Virus record (IMG/VR): IMGVR_UViG_3300031132_000002
Strand: one strand, 5' to 3'
DNA from: a virus
Length of the DNA stretch: 64,000 bases
In this document: piece by piece, positions 37,375 to 46,889 of the stretch
How the letters are laid out: each line of letters begins with the position of its first letter
How positions within the stretch are numbered: the first letter of the stretch is position 1
Notes under the pieces: generated by a model
The model's database searches: none
Told to the model about the DNA's origin: nothing
Seen by the model: the letters and a program-made list of their open reading frames with translations, nothing else
Made by a program: the position numbers and the translations under genes

Positions 37375-38952
37375 TTATACCTCCACATCATTCATTAATG
37401 AGTTAACTTGATTCTTGATCAAGTGGTTAAACTCTGCGTTTGTATCCTCACGCATCACTTCGCGTTGCATATCGAGGATTTCTTGGACTGTTTCGTTCCA
37501 CTGTAGCACTTTAATGGCACGAGTAACAGCTACATACAGTAAATTACGCTCTGCGTCTTCTAAACCTACCCACTGACCTTCTTTGTTGTAGTTAGAAGGG
37601 AAGTCTGCGCCGAGAATAACTTGGTCAAACTCCAGTCCTTTGCACTTATGACCTGTTACCAGGGTCACTTTAGCATTCTTGGACGGACGATAGTTACGCA
37701 AAGTCTGTGCAATCATACCTGCTTTACCGGAAACGATGATGTTTAGCAGCCGCTTAGCGTCAGGGTCTGACTCTGCACCCTCAACAAATTCTTCCCAGCT
37801 TGCATATGGTAGGATGCTTTCGTGCTTAACCTTGTTTGTTTCACCACGGCGAAGGGCATTTACACTATCTACCATAGAAACAAAGTCTCGGGTATCAACG
37901 TGCATATTAATTTCAATACCATCTGCAATCAAATCCATCGCTGCTAAGAGCATTGTCATATTCTTGCGGAAGATAATAGTGTATGGCTTATTTGTATCCA
38001 CAAAAGAGCTATGTCCACTACCTACTTCGGTATCAAAACCACGACCTTCGACTTCTACGTCACCCTGTGCAGTAACTTTTAATACGTCCTCTGCTAGTTT
38101 ACCTACCTTAGGCCCGAAGCGGAAGGAGGCAGATAAGTGAAGCTCAGCGCCCATTGTAGCAGTCTCCGTCATCATATTCACGCTTCCTCGGAACTGATAG
38201 ATACTCTGGTATTCGTCACCAACTACCACGATACGTTTAGCACTTACGGCATTTTTCAGAATGGACAAGAAGGCTGAGTTAACATCCTGGAACTCATCAC
38301 CAAAGATAATGTCGTAACCCAGGTCTTTACCAGAAAGCTGATAGAGTTTCACGTATGTATCGTGAGTCATCATAACCGGAGACTTAGTATCAGTACGCTC
38401 ACGCCATAGCTGTTTAGCATAACGGATTGTGTCTGTGACCAGTTGAGGGATGTTTACACCCTTCTTCTTAAAATCTTCAACTAATGTGCCAGGGAAATGA
38501 TCTCGGGTGATATGTTCTGCATCAGAGAACTCATACTTAGCCAGGGTCTGTTTTACCAGCAGTCCAAGCATAGCTTCTGTGATTAATACTTTGCCACGTT
38601 TATCAGCCCAAGGTTTGATCTTGAAGTACTTAGCAATCTCGCTGCCTGTACCTGCAACGTTAACATACTTGCCCTCTGGACGAGTAAGTTTATGACGCAT
38701 AGACGCTGGAAGTTCTTGGTAGCACACAGAGTGGAGTGTACGACACTGGACGTTATACGGCATTTTCTTCTTAGCTTCTTCTGCCATTGTTTTATTAAAA
38801 GCCAAATACAGAATGCTATCCGAAGTAGTACTAGCCAGCAGTTTAAGCGTAGAAGTCTTACCTGTACCGGCGCGGGCTTGAATTGTTGTGAATCGGTTTA
38901 ACTTAAAGGACTCCAAGCAAGCTACTTGTTGTGCCGTAGGTGTAAATTCCAT
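37375..38952 (-). CDS. SF1 UvrD/Rep-like helicase
   Basis: ARAGTGKT, DEFQD, GDEYQSIYQFRG, SFRFG, HKCKGLEFDQV, LLYVAVTRA. Confidence 0.93.
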   Translation of the reverse strand: MEFTPTAQQVACLESFKLNRFTTIQARAGTGKTSTLKLLASTTSDSILYLAFNKTMAEEAKKKMPYNVQCRTLHSVCYQELPASMRHKLTRPEGKYVNVAGTGSEIAKYFKIKPWADKRGKVLITEAMLGLLVKQTLAKYEFSDAEHITRDHFPGTLVEDFKKKGVNIPQLVTDTIRYAKQLWRERTDTKSPVMMTHDTYVKLYQLSGKDLGYDIIFGDEFQDVNSAFLSILKNAVSAKRIVVVGDEYQSIYQFRGSVNMMTETATMGAELHLSASFRFGPKVGKLAEDVLKVTAQGDVEVEGRGFDTEVGSGHSSFVDTNKPYTIIFRKNMTMLLAAMDLIADGIEINMHVDTRDFVSMVDSVNALRRGETNKVKHESILPYASWEEFVEGAESDPDAKRLLNIIVSGKAGMIAQTLRNYRPSKNAKVTLVTGHKCKGLEFDQVILGADFPSNYNKEGQWVGLEDAERNLLYVAVTRAIKVLQWNETVQEILDMQREVMREDTNAEFNHLIKNQVNSLMNDVEV

Positions 38953-39025
38953 TGTTCCTCCATTACTCTAAAAAGATAACACCAGAAAGCTGATGTTATC
39001 ATAGTATGATTACCAGATGCAACCT

Positions 39026-40039
39026 TTATTTTGGGCCGTACACACTGAGAATCTCGTCCAAATACACTTCACGGATGAACTTGTCCCAGAAAGTAGGATC
39101 AGCCTTTTCCTGCATACCATTCTTTTTGGCTTGCACTGATAGCTTTTCTACTTCACTAACAATATCCTCAAGAGCAACCTGAATCTCTTTGAAGGGGATC
39201 TCTCCGGCTTTAACTTTGATCAGGTACTCTCGATCCTTAAGAGGATACACCAGATCACCCGTCGAGTAAATCTCTTTCAACTGCAAACCACCGCGCAGAG
39301 CGTGACTGAGTGCTTTGAAGTCGATACCTTCATTCAGTTCTGCCTGACGCGCCCTGTGTCCGTAGTCGTCCCACGTCTTCTGTAAAGAGTTCTGCATTTC
39401 TTCCACAGATACACTGGTCTGGAACTTACGTGCCAAGACAACATAGAAATCCTGGAAGCCTGAACGTTGGTTTTCATCAACAGTCCACTCACAGAATTCG
39501 TTCAGAGGTAGTGTATGTGCAATATCACCAACACGGGTTTTACGCAGGCGCTTACCCTCGTGTTTAGGGTCTGGTGAATGAGAAGGCGCTGCTGCTAATG
39601 CCTCCATAACCTGACGAAGACAAGCCATACGACTACCTTTAACGCCATACTTACCAGCTTGCTTACGCACATAACCTAGGTAGGATTTCATATCCGTAGA
39701 ATAGAAGTGCGAACGGTTAGCTTGGAGTTCTGCCCATACTGCCGGAAGATCTGAGTGTACCACTCGGTTAGCTGGTGCGTGGATCATATCAAGAGCTAAG
39801 GTTTCGCCTTCGATGCCTAAGTTAATGAAGTAACGCAGACTGAAACTTTCGTAATCCACGTCCTCAGCCGTATTTTTCACATCGTCGCTACTTGTGTTGT
39901 AACTCATATGATTCTTTACTGTTCCTAGCAGGATGCTCTCTGCGTCTGGAACAAAGATCTCTTTATAATCCGTATCTGATTCTGGTGTATCTGTGCCATA
40001 AAGTTTACTTCCGAATAAAACCTTAGCGATTGTTTTCAT
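39026..40039 (-). CDS. Pol-beta-superfamily nucleotidyltransferase (T4 NrdC.11-like)
   Basis: GSKLYGTDTPESDTDYK, GYVRKQAGKYG, DFKALSHALR. Confidence 0.85.
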   Translation of the reverse strand: MKTIAKVLFGSKLYGTDTPESDTDYKEIFVPDAESILLGTVKNHMSYNTSSDDVKNTAEDVDYESFSLRYFINLGIEGETLALDMIHAPANRVVHSDLPAVWAELQANRSHFYSTDMKSYLGYVRKQAGKYGVKGSRMACLRQVMEALAAAPSHSPDPKHEGKRLRKTRVGDIAHTLPLNEFCEWTVDENQRSGFQDFYVVLARKFQTSVSVEEMQNSLQKTWDDYGHRARQAELNEGIDFKALSHALRGGLQLKEIYSTGDLVYPLKDREYLIKVKAGEIPFKEIQVALEDIVSEVEKLSVQAKKNGMQEKADPTFWDKFIREVYLDEILSVYGPK

Positions 40040-40095
40040 TTTTCCTCCTGTCAATATTTGTGGTCATACTATACTAGCTTGGAAGCTGTGTCAAT

Positions 40096-40129
40096 AAAAA
40101 ATCCCCAACTCCGAAGAGAAGGGGATTAT
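40096..40129 (-). terminator. Intrinsic terminator after the tailspike paralog
   Basis: ATCCCC..CTC-TTCG-GAG..GGGGAT plus TTTTT on the minus strand. Confidence 0.7.
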
Positions 40130-40134
40130 ATCAA

Positions 40135-41949
40135 TTACAGGAACAGAGGAACAAAGTACGGAGTACCGTTCACAACTACCTGCATATGTGTTGAAGCTGT
40201 GCCTGGGGTTGTTGGTGTACCTGTTGCAGTACTAACCGCCAGTAAGTTGCCCTGAGCACCTACACCAGCGCTACCGTTATGTAAAGACATACGCGGAACG
40301 ACAGCGTTTAAACCAGGAGAAGCAGACTGTGTAGCACCACTTACAGTGAACAGCGCACACTGACCTTGATCAAAACGTGTAGGAGACGTGCTCTTAACGT
40401 TAATGACGTATTCACCAGTATAAGGCCCAAACTGTACCCAGAGAGCAGGTAGTGTTTCGTTATACTGCTGGTTTGCGTATTGAGCCGCAGTAACACCTGT
40501 AGCACCGAAGTGATACATAGTCACGATAGGAATGTTACCCGCACCACGTTGGATGTTGATAATAGTCTTACCAGGAGATCTGTCTGATTGTACTGGATAG
40601 TTTGCGCTACCTACTGAGTTGTAGCTCAGACGAGAGATGATTTCAATCTCCCAGATACCACCGTTGTTCGGTGTATAGAAGCTACCAAGGTTCAACCAAA
40701 TGTTTGCATTGGCATTGTTAGTTCCACGTAGAGCACCAGTATACCATTTAGCTTTCATTGTACCGTTGATAACGCTACCAAAAGCCTCGTCCTGACGGTT
40801 TCCTTGGTCATATCCAGAAGCCCACTGACTAACAGTTGTGTTAGTTCTGTTGAAACTGGCGTTGATTAGGTTGATACCACGCATTGATGCACGGCAGTAA
40901 GTCAGGTCAAATGGAGTATCAATGTTCTCAAGGTCGAGTCCGTCAATCAACCACTGTCCGTTAGAAAGGTCTCCGGCGTGTTCGGTGTGCTCGATCCATC
41001 CGTTGTAGATGAAACACTGAGTAGCACGAGGCGCATAGATCGAAGCGTTTGTACCAAAACCGTGTTGCAGGTTGAAGTTGCTCAGTTCTAGTGCCGTCGA
41101 GTGATCCCAGCTTCCTACTGTGGCATTGTCGTAAGTCACGTCCAGGACGCTATCATACGTATTGCTACTGTAGAACTGATCAATCTTCGTGTCTAGTGTA
41201 TCGATCAAGCTAAGGCTCTTACCACCCATATAGGAGAAGCGAACACACTTGATACGAGCGTACTGACCAGCAGAACAGATGTTACGGAAGAAGCCCATTG
41301 TGTTGACTTTCTTATCGTACTGTCCATATACCAAGATACCAGTAATCTCTGTGTAACGAGCCTGAACTTTAAATGCGTAGTCTGCGCTACCATCAAGGAT
41401 CAGAGTTGTTAGTGCCATATAACCTAGTTCTACATCTGGGCCAGCCATTTTGAACTTAGATACATATGTCGCAGAGTAATCCCATCCAGATACAAGGAAG
41501 CTACCAGCAGGGAAACGGATTCCGAGGGTAGACAGGTATGTATTTGCAAAGGTATTCATTCGCTGGATAGCAGGTTGAGCATCAACAGTTCCACCCGGCA
41601 TAGCACCGAAGTCGGTAACGTCTAATTTGTCATATTCTTTCTCACGTAGCCAGAAATAAGTTTTACCGCTATCGGCAGCGTGAACACCACCATCATCTGC
41701 AATCTTACCAGCTAAGTTACCAGTAAACCAACCGCTACCGTGGAAACTACCGTCAGATACTGCATTATAAGAAGAAAGAAAGACTCGTTCACCCGTAGCC
41801 GTTGGTTTAGCAGCTTTAAGTTCTGCCCAAGACTTGAATGTACGATAAAAAGGATGTGCAGCAATGTACGCAGCAATTTGATCGCTAACGTCTGGCGGGG
41901 TTACAGTGCCGCCTCCACCACTACCATAGGGTTGTCCGAAAATTACCAT
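40135..41949 (-). CDS. Second beta-helix depolymerase/tailspike paralog
   Basis: VTDFGAMPGGTVDA, GIRFPAG, CSAGQYARIK, WDHSTALE shared with 7792-10368; start refined to MVIFGQP. Confidence 0.8.
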   Translation of the reverse strand: MVIFGQPYGSGGGGTVTPPDVSDQIAAYIAAHPFYRTFKSWAELKAAKPTATGERVFLSSYNAVSDGSFHGSGWFTGNLAGKIADDGGVHAADSGKTYFWLREKEYDKLDVTDFGAMPGGTVDAQPAIQRMNTFANTYLSTLGIRFPAGSFLVSGWDYSATYVSKFKMAGPDVELGYMALTTLILDGSADYAFKVQARYTEITGILVYGQYDKKVNTMGFFRNICSAGQYARIKCVRFSYMGGKSLSLIDTLDTKIDQFYSSNTYDSVLDVTYDNATVGSWDHSTALELSNFNLQHGFGTNASIYAPRATQCFIYNGWIEHTEHAGDLSNGQWLIDGLDLENIDTPFDLTYCRASMRGINLINASFNRTNTTVSQWASGYDQGNRQDEAFGSVINGTMKAKWYTGALRGTNNANANIWLNLGSFYTPNNGGIWEIEIISRLSYNSVGSANYPVQSDRSPGKTIINIQRGAGNIPIVTMYHFGATGVTAAQYANQQYNETLPALWVQFGPYTGEYVINVKSTSPTRFDQGQCALFTVSGATQSASPGLNAVVPRMSLHNGSAGVGAQGNLLAVSTATGTPTTPGTASTHMQVVVNGTPYFVPLFL

Positions 41950-41998
41950 TAAGATATTCCTTATATAAGGTAAGATCCCATTAAAGGGGTATTCCTTC

Positions 41999-42027
41999 AT
42001 TATACCCCAATCATAGGATTTAGTCAA
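41999..42027 (-). promoter_or_regulatory. Near-consensus sigma70 promoter
   Basis: TTGACT-N17-TATAAT. Confidence 0.8.
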
Positions 42028-42054
42028 TGGCTGATTATCGTATTAAGAAAATGC

Positions 42055-42381
42055 TTAGCCTCGTCTAGCCCTCATACGTGCTAAGGCTTCAGAGGCAGGC
42101 ATACTACGACCTTGCCGGATATCTTCCTTAGACAGTTCTACAAGAGCAACCAGAGAATCAACTTGAGCATCATAATACTTGTTGACCAGATCCCGATACG
42201 CATAATCAGCGTTCTTGTTGGGATAAGTATGGTATTTATCCTCTACCCACTGGCACTTGTTCTCACAACACCACACACCATCTTTCTCGCAACGGTTAAT
42301 ATGTGCAAGAACAGATCGACGTAATGCGCCAAGGCGTTTAACATCCATTTTAGATAAAACTGATTCAGATAAATATTTCAT
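42055..42381 (-). CDS. Hypothetical protein with antitoxin-like C-terminal helices
   Basis: Ends LVALVELSKEDIRQGRSMPASEALARMRARRG. Confidence 0.65.
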   Translation of the reverse strand: MKYLSESVLSKMDVKRLGALRRSVLAHINRCEKDGVWCCENKCQWVEDKYHTYPNKNADYAYRDLVNKYYDAQVDSLVALVELSKEDIRQGRSMPASEALARMRARRG

Positions 42382-42519
42382 ACTTTCCCCTTACTCTAAA
42401 TTAACACCAGCGACGAGTAGCGGCGCGTTGATAATCGCCACCCTCGTTGTCATTTGCGGCCTTAGACTTGTTCAGAATCTTAATATAAGCCTTAGCTAAT
42501 ACCAATTCTTGTTTAGTCA

Positions 42520-42879
42520 TCAGATGATACCTACCGATACACCGACTGAGTAGTATCCATTACTGGAGCCGTAGAAACGAATAGTCACACGACCTTTAGC
42601 AGTTGCAAACTTGTAGAAAGTCCACATACCGCATTCAGCTTCTTCATTGTCCTCGGTAACTTCCTCAGCTTGAAGGATAGGAGAGCCAACCAGATCTTCA
42701 AGATCTCCTTCAATATCCTCAATATACACACTTTCGCAACAAGACTGATGGTGCATAAAACGAACTGTACCGCCGATCTCGCGCTCTAATAGGAGGGCTT
42801 CATTTTCATCTGTATCTGAAACATAAGCCTTGGTTAAAACTGTACCAATCAGGCTATCAAAAATCGTTACTTCACTCAT
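42520..42879 (-). CDS. Hypothetical phage protein
   Basis: HHQSCCESVYIEDI...WTFYKFAT...GSSNGYYS. Confidence 0.75.
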   Translation of the reverse strand: MSEVTIFDSLIGTVLTKAYVSDTDENEALLLEREIGGTVRFMHHQSCCESVYIEDIEGDLEDLVGSPILQAEEVTEDNEEAECGMWTFYKFATAKGRVTIRFYGSSNGYYSVGVSVGII

Positions 42880-42888
42880 ATTTTCTCC

Positions 42889-43230
42889 TTACCAATCCCA
42901 ATGACCGTGAATGCTATCATACTTCTGTCTTGCCCATTTAACCGCTGCCACAACAACGTCTCCGTGACAAGGGGCGGGAGCACAAAAGCAAACAACGTCT
43001 TTATTTTCCAACTCAAGTAAGTCTTCTAAGGTAATCTTACCAGACCTTATCTGTTCCCACAACCACTTTTTATACTTCTCAACAACAATCTCTCTTGTAT
43101 CAGTATCTGTGATCTTAAAGGGATTTGCAAACTTGGAGTGAGGAAGCCCCAAGTGGGGCTGTCCTCTTGCGATATATACCGCATTTTCTGGTATCGCCTT
43201 ACCACACTTGTAGTAATTCAATACTTGCAC
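42889..43230 (-). CDS. DUF4326 family protein
   Basis: VYIARG..SKFANPF...VCFCAPAPCHGDV. Confidence 0.85.
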   Translation of the reverse strand: MQVLNYYKCGKAIPENAVYIARGQPHLGLPHSKFANPFKITDTDTREIVVEKYKKWLWEQIRSGKITLEDLLELENKDVVCFCAPAPCHGDVVVAAVKWARQKYDSIHGHWDW

Positions 43231-43232
43231 AG

Positions 43233-43922
43233 TTATACCTTCTCAAAAGCCCAAACATTGCCCTCTAAAGGAATGAAGCGGTTTTGCTCTTCGGTAATAG
43301 TTCCTTCTAAGGTAAAGTTACCCTCAACGTCAACACGGGCTACGGTATAAACGCTACCTACTTCGTAGAAAAGATCACCCAAATGCTCAGAACGAACACA
43401 TTTCACGGTATCGCCTGGTTTGATCTCATCCGAATCCGCGCTCAAGAGAATCTCCAGCAGTTTACTTGCAAAATGTGCCTGAGCCTGAGCCATTGTCATA
43501 CCTTTTACGGCAAGAACAGTTTCATCGTGAAGTTGTTGGATCTCAACGTCACCGGATGCAGCCACAATCTCACCTACGACTTTCATCATAGCTGAGACAG
43601 CATCTTCACTTTCGACTTGGGCCTTACCGTCTTCTGAGGTAATAATCTCACCAGTATCAACATTACGCATAATCCAAGTAGATTTGCCATCAGTGAGATC
43701 GATACAAACAATTTCCTGTTTGTCATTGTAGAATTCTACGCCATAGGAATCTACTATTACTCCAGTGATAGAGGTATTCATACCTGGTACAAGGAAGCGT
43801 TCCACCTTATATTCACTGTGTACAGTGACGTTACGAAGACTAGGCTTACTGCCTGTGTCAGTGAAACGAATAAGTGTGGTACTAAGAGTAGTAGCCAAGA
43901 GTGCAGACAGTTCGATATTCAT
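43233..43922 (-). CDS. Hypothetical protein with C-terminal SH3-like domain
   Basis: GDTVKCV..YEVGSVYTV...PLEGNVWAF. Confidence 0.7.
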   Translation of the reverse strand: MNIELSALLATTLSTTLIRFTDTGSKPSLRNVTVHSEYKVERFLVPGMNTSITGVIVDSYGVEFYNDKQEIVCIDLTDGKSTWIMRNVDTGEIITSEDGKAQVESEDAVSAMMKVVGEIVAASGDVEIQQLHDETVLAVKGMTMAQAQAHFASKLLEILLSADSDEIKPGDTVKCVRSEHLGDLFYEVGSVYTVARVDVEGNFTLEGTITEEQNRFIPLEGNVWAFEKV

Positions 43923-43932
43923 AATAATCTCC

Positions 43933-44178
43933 TTAACATTTAGGTTGATTGTGTTTTCTTACTGCATACTTTACGAGAGTAAGGTACTTAGAGCAAGAGG
44001 TTTTTTCACGAAAGTGTCTTTTTCTTCCAAAGACAGTTTCAGTTTTAGCTTGCATCACGAAATTATCACCCTCCACCCAAGAAAGATCTGTTCCATCTTC
44101 CAACAGTACGATCCATAGTGGCTTGTGATTCAGATCAAATCCTGCCTGGCGGCAGGATACAGGTTTAATAATCGTCAT
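43933..44178 (-). CDS. Hypothetical protein
   Basis: Coupled ORF. Confidence 0.55.
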   Translation of the reverse strand: MTIIKPVSCRQAGFDLNHKPLWIVLLEDGTDLSWVEGDNFVMQAKTETVFGRKRHFREKTSCSKYLTLVKYAVRKHNQPKC

Positions 44179-44686
44179 CCAATGTATCCTTTCTGTTCTT
44201 CACAGAGAAGAGAACATAATATTCGTCACCACAACCATTGTCAACATAGTATTTGTGGTAATTTTCATCAGAATCTACAAGACTTGCACGATCATAAGAG
44301 TAAATCTCACCATCTTCAATGTAGAATAGGTCAACGTTACCTTGCAAACACCAGTCAGCGTCTGTTTTATCAACAAACTCCATACTATCCTCTACTTGAG
44401 CAAAGGCGCAAGCATCTGCAAAGCGTTGTTGCAGGATTGCTGCGTAGCTTAGCAGGCTACCTTCCCAGACAATATGATGAGAGTCTTCATCGATAGCCAA
44501 AAACTCTATTTCGCATCCACGGTATGTGCCTTCGATGTGCTTGAACCGCAAGCGTCCCAGGTCATCTACGCCCACAACAAGGAATAAGTCCTCAGTACCT
44601 GGGATAGAATCAGCACCCTCTCTGGGGTTCATAATACGGATTACACGACCAATATCTTTGTGAGTTACTTCTGTTACTTTAATCAT
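44165..44686 (-). CDS. Acidic hypothetical protein
   Basis: RBS GGAGG; coupled. Confidence 0.7.
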   Translation of the reverse strand: MIKVTEVTHKDIGRVIRIMNPREGADSIPGTEDLFLVVGVDDLGRLRFKHIEGTYRGCEIEFLAIDEDSHHIVWEGSLLSYAAILQQRFADACAFAQVEDSMEFVDKTDADWCLQGNVDLFYIEDGEIYSYDRASLVDSDENYHKYYVDNGCGDEYYVLFSVKNRKDTLDDDY

Positions 44687-44868
44687 AGTGCCTCCAAATC
44701 GGTTTCAGGAACAAATAGCCAACCAAACTTATCTACACTGTAATACCACGTAGGGTTAGGCTCATTATCAACGTCTGTTTCAGATAGATTGACCGCAGTT
44801 ACACGCCCAGATTTACCTGAGTACGTGTCCATCACCCAATCTCCAATTTTAAACTTTTGGTTTGGCAT
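44683..44868 (-). CDS. Small SH3-like protein
   Basis: KFKIGDWV..GRV..V...YYSV; start refined to MPNQK. Confidence 0.65.
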   Translation of the reverse strand: MPNQKFKIGDWVMDTYSGKSGRVTAVNLSETDVDNEPNPTWYYSVDKFGWLFVPETDLEAL

Positions 44869-45160
44869 ACTTGCCTCCATATTCAAAGTTGATCTCACCG
44901 TTCAGCTTTTCGATCTCCTCGAAAGTTACGTCAACGGCTTGCCACTCTTTCTCGTGCATACGAAAAGAGAGATACTTGCCAAACTGCTCCTCACCTTCGT
45001 CATCAATATAACGAAAGATACGCACATAAATGTCACGGATCGTTGCCTGGATGCCCCTGCACAACACAATCTCATAGATCTTGTACATACCAATCTGTTC
45101 ATCGGTATAGCGTGGAGTTGTCACAGGTACATACTTACGGCGTTCGCTTGAATCTAACAT
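44849..45160 (-). CDS. Hypothetical protein
   Basis: Start refined to MLDSSE after GAGGAG. Confidence 0.6.
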   Translation of the reverse strand: MLDSSERRKYVPVTTPRYTDEQIGMYKIYEIVLCRGIQATIRDIYVRIFRYIDDEGEEQFGKYLSFRMHEKEWQAVDVTFEEIEKLNGEINFEYGGKYAKPKV

Positions 45161-45215
45161 ATATCTCTCCTCGTTTTCAGTACACATATCTTAGCACATC
45201 CTTGTGCCGTGTCAA

Positions 45216-45638
45216 TCAGTTTAATCGACGTTTTAGTTGCAGGGCCATACGGGTTAAGTCTGAGGCCAAGTCTAAAGCATCGTCCACATCCAGCTTAAGA
45301 AGATGAGCACTAGTAGACTTACCAGAATCAATATTCTCTGTGATCAGTAGTACTTGGTCATATTCTTTAGAGTCCATAGCAAATAGACGAACCTCGGTGT
45401 TAAGGGAGCGTTGATCCCGATACATAACCTCGTTGATCTCAGGTAACGCTGGCTCAGCCACACGAAGGGTAAATCGATCCCGGAACATCTCATATGTTAC
45501 TCGGGTTTCAAACTGTTCGTCACCATCTTCGCCATTCCAGCGATAAGTTACACCACCAAAGCCTATCTTGATGACTGTAACGCTATCCTCTCCTGTGTTG
45601 GATTCCCAAACAGACCCTACTTCTGGAAGTTCTACCAT
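45216..45638 (-). CDS. Two-domain protein; C-terminal domain shared with 49328-49756
   Basis: Start refined to MVELPEVGSVW; ALPEINEVMYRD...ALDLASDLTRM. Confidence 0.7.
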   Translation of the reverse strand: MVELPEVGSVWESNTGEDSVTVIKIGFGGVTYRWNGEDGDEQFETRVTYEMFRDRFTLRVAEPALPEINEVMYRDQRSLNTEVRLFAMDSKEYDQVLLITENIDSGKSTSAHLLKLDVDDALDLASDLTRMALQLKRRLN

Positions 45639-45642
45639 TTTA

Positions 45643-45924
45643 TTACTCCTTAATTTCGATTTCATCAGCAGACATAAGATCACTACCAAAATGATCTTCG
45701 TATCGGAAAGTAACAGGTACTGTGAATGTACCTTCTTTGTTGGTTCTCTGCATACGATCAACGCCTTTAACCAAGTACACTGGTCGCATTGTACGTGTTT
45801 GCTTGACCAGACCGCCTGGCTCCAAGAAGTAGATAGTAGCGAGAGCAGGCACTTCGGCAACAACCTCAACCACCTTACCTTCATTACCTAAGTTCATACG
45901 ATCCAGAATCACAGTAGCTTGCAT
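45643..45924 (-). CDS. Hypothetical protein
   Basis: RBS AGGAG. Confidence 0.65.
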   Translation of the reverse strand: MQATVILDRMNLGNEGKVVEVVAEVPALATIYFLEPGGLVKQTRTMRPVYLVKGVDRMQRTNKEGTFTVPVTFRYEDHFGSDLMSADEIEIKE

Positions 45925-45933
45925 ATTTTCTCC

Positions 45934-46278
45934 TTACTTTTTAGAGGTATCTTTAACAGCATCGCCAACTTCTTTGTTGATTTGCTGGGTATAGTACGGT
46001 ACGTATCCATCTGTTGGTGCGTAGCAGATACCACGGATCATAACATACTCTTGGTGAGTGTTACAAGCCTGAACTCCAGCGTGGTAACGCATATAGTTGG
46101 TGCTGCACATTAGAGGGTAGATAATCATAACCCAGATGATAATGTTTAGCAAGATCATACCAGACTTCTTCTTACGTTTACGAGAGAAGATTAGACCAGA
46201 GATCACACCTACAGCTAACATAGCGTAGAACTGTGAAGAGTGCCATACAAACGCATACTGCATAAATTCAAAGAACAT
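45934..46278 (-). CDS. Two-TM membrane protein
   Basis: Two hydrophobic segments around RKRKKK. Confidence 0.7.
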   Translation of the reverse strand: MFFEFMQYAFVWHSSQFYAMLAVGVISGLIFSRKRKKKSGMILLNIIIWVMIIYPLMCSTNYMRYHAGVQACNTHQEYVMIRGICYAPTDGYVPYYTQQINKEVGDAVKDTSKK

Positions 46279-46299
46279 TATTACTCCTTAGTGGTTGTT

Positions 46300-46540
46300 T
46301 AAGTATGATTAGAGAGTATATCAATAAGATCAGAGTGTCAATAGAGGTATGTAAGAATAATAGAAGAGATATGTAATAGAGAGGAGTATAGAAGAGATGT
46401 TACATATCGTCGTATCTCCCTTCGGGATCTACTCCTTATGTAACATATGGAATAAGGATAACGAATAGAGGTAATCCCTACTCGCTATCGCTCGCAACTT
46501 AGTGTTTAGCTTAGCATATATTTTTCAATCTGTCAATGAT
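46300..46540. other. Non-coding purine-skewed region with short repeats and an inverted repeat (candidate origin or ncRNA)
   Basis: TAGAAGAGAT twice, AATAGAG repeats, ATGTTACATA/TATGTAACAT inverted repeat; flanked by two minus-strand promoters. Confidence 0.5.
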
Positions 46541-46543
46541 ATT

Positions 46544-46783
46544 CTAAGATTTAATTGTGAGGTGTTTTCTTGGACTAACTTCTTCTTGGAACTTGGCTAC
46601 AACACGGATGTTTTGGAAGTTCATACCGCCTACCAGGATCGCGTAACCATTAAGGTAAGGTTCAACTAGCCATTCATAACCATCGTCTCCAACCACGGTT
46701 ACTTCTTTACCTTCTACTTTAGCCTCATACTTCTGGCCTTCGGTGAACGGTACGTTTACTACTTTGGTGCAAGTCAGTTTCAT
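46544..46783 (-). CDS. Stand-alone SH3-like protein
   Basis: Start refined to MKLTCTK; FTEGQKYEA. Confidence 0.7.
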   Translation of the reverse strand: MKLTCTKVVNVPFTEGQKYEAKVEGKEVTVVGDDGYEWLVEPYLNGYAILVGGMNFQNIRVVAKFQEEVSPRKHLTIKS

Positions 46784-46811
46784 TGTGTATCTCCTTATTG
46801 ATTGAAGTATC

Positions 46812-46860
46812 ATTCTACACTAAATCACCTCTTGCAGTCAACCTCTATTACTGCTAGTAT
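46812..46860. promoter_or_regulatory. Overlapping divergent sigma70 promoters at the strand switch
   Basis: Minus: TTGACT-N18-TAGAAT; plus: TTGCAG-N17-TAGTAT. Confidence 0.6.
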
Positions 46861-46889
46861 GCAGGTTCACTTAATGAGGAGGACGTATA

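Noticed and set aside
45639-45884. N-terminal extension of track ORF 45216-45884
   Set aside because: It overlaps gene 45643-45924 in another frame; a strong RBS supports the start at 45638
46822-46830. phiTE-type pseudo-ToxI repeat (AGGTGATTT on the minus strand)
   Set aside because: Single 9-nt match inside a promoter spacer; no 36-nt repeat
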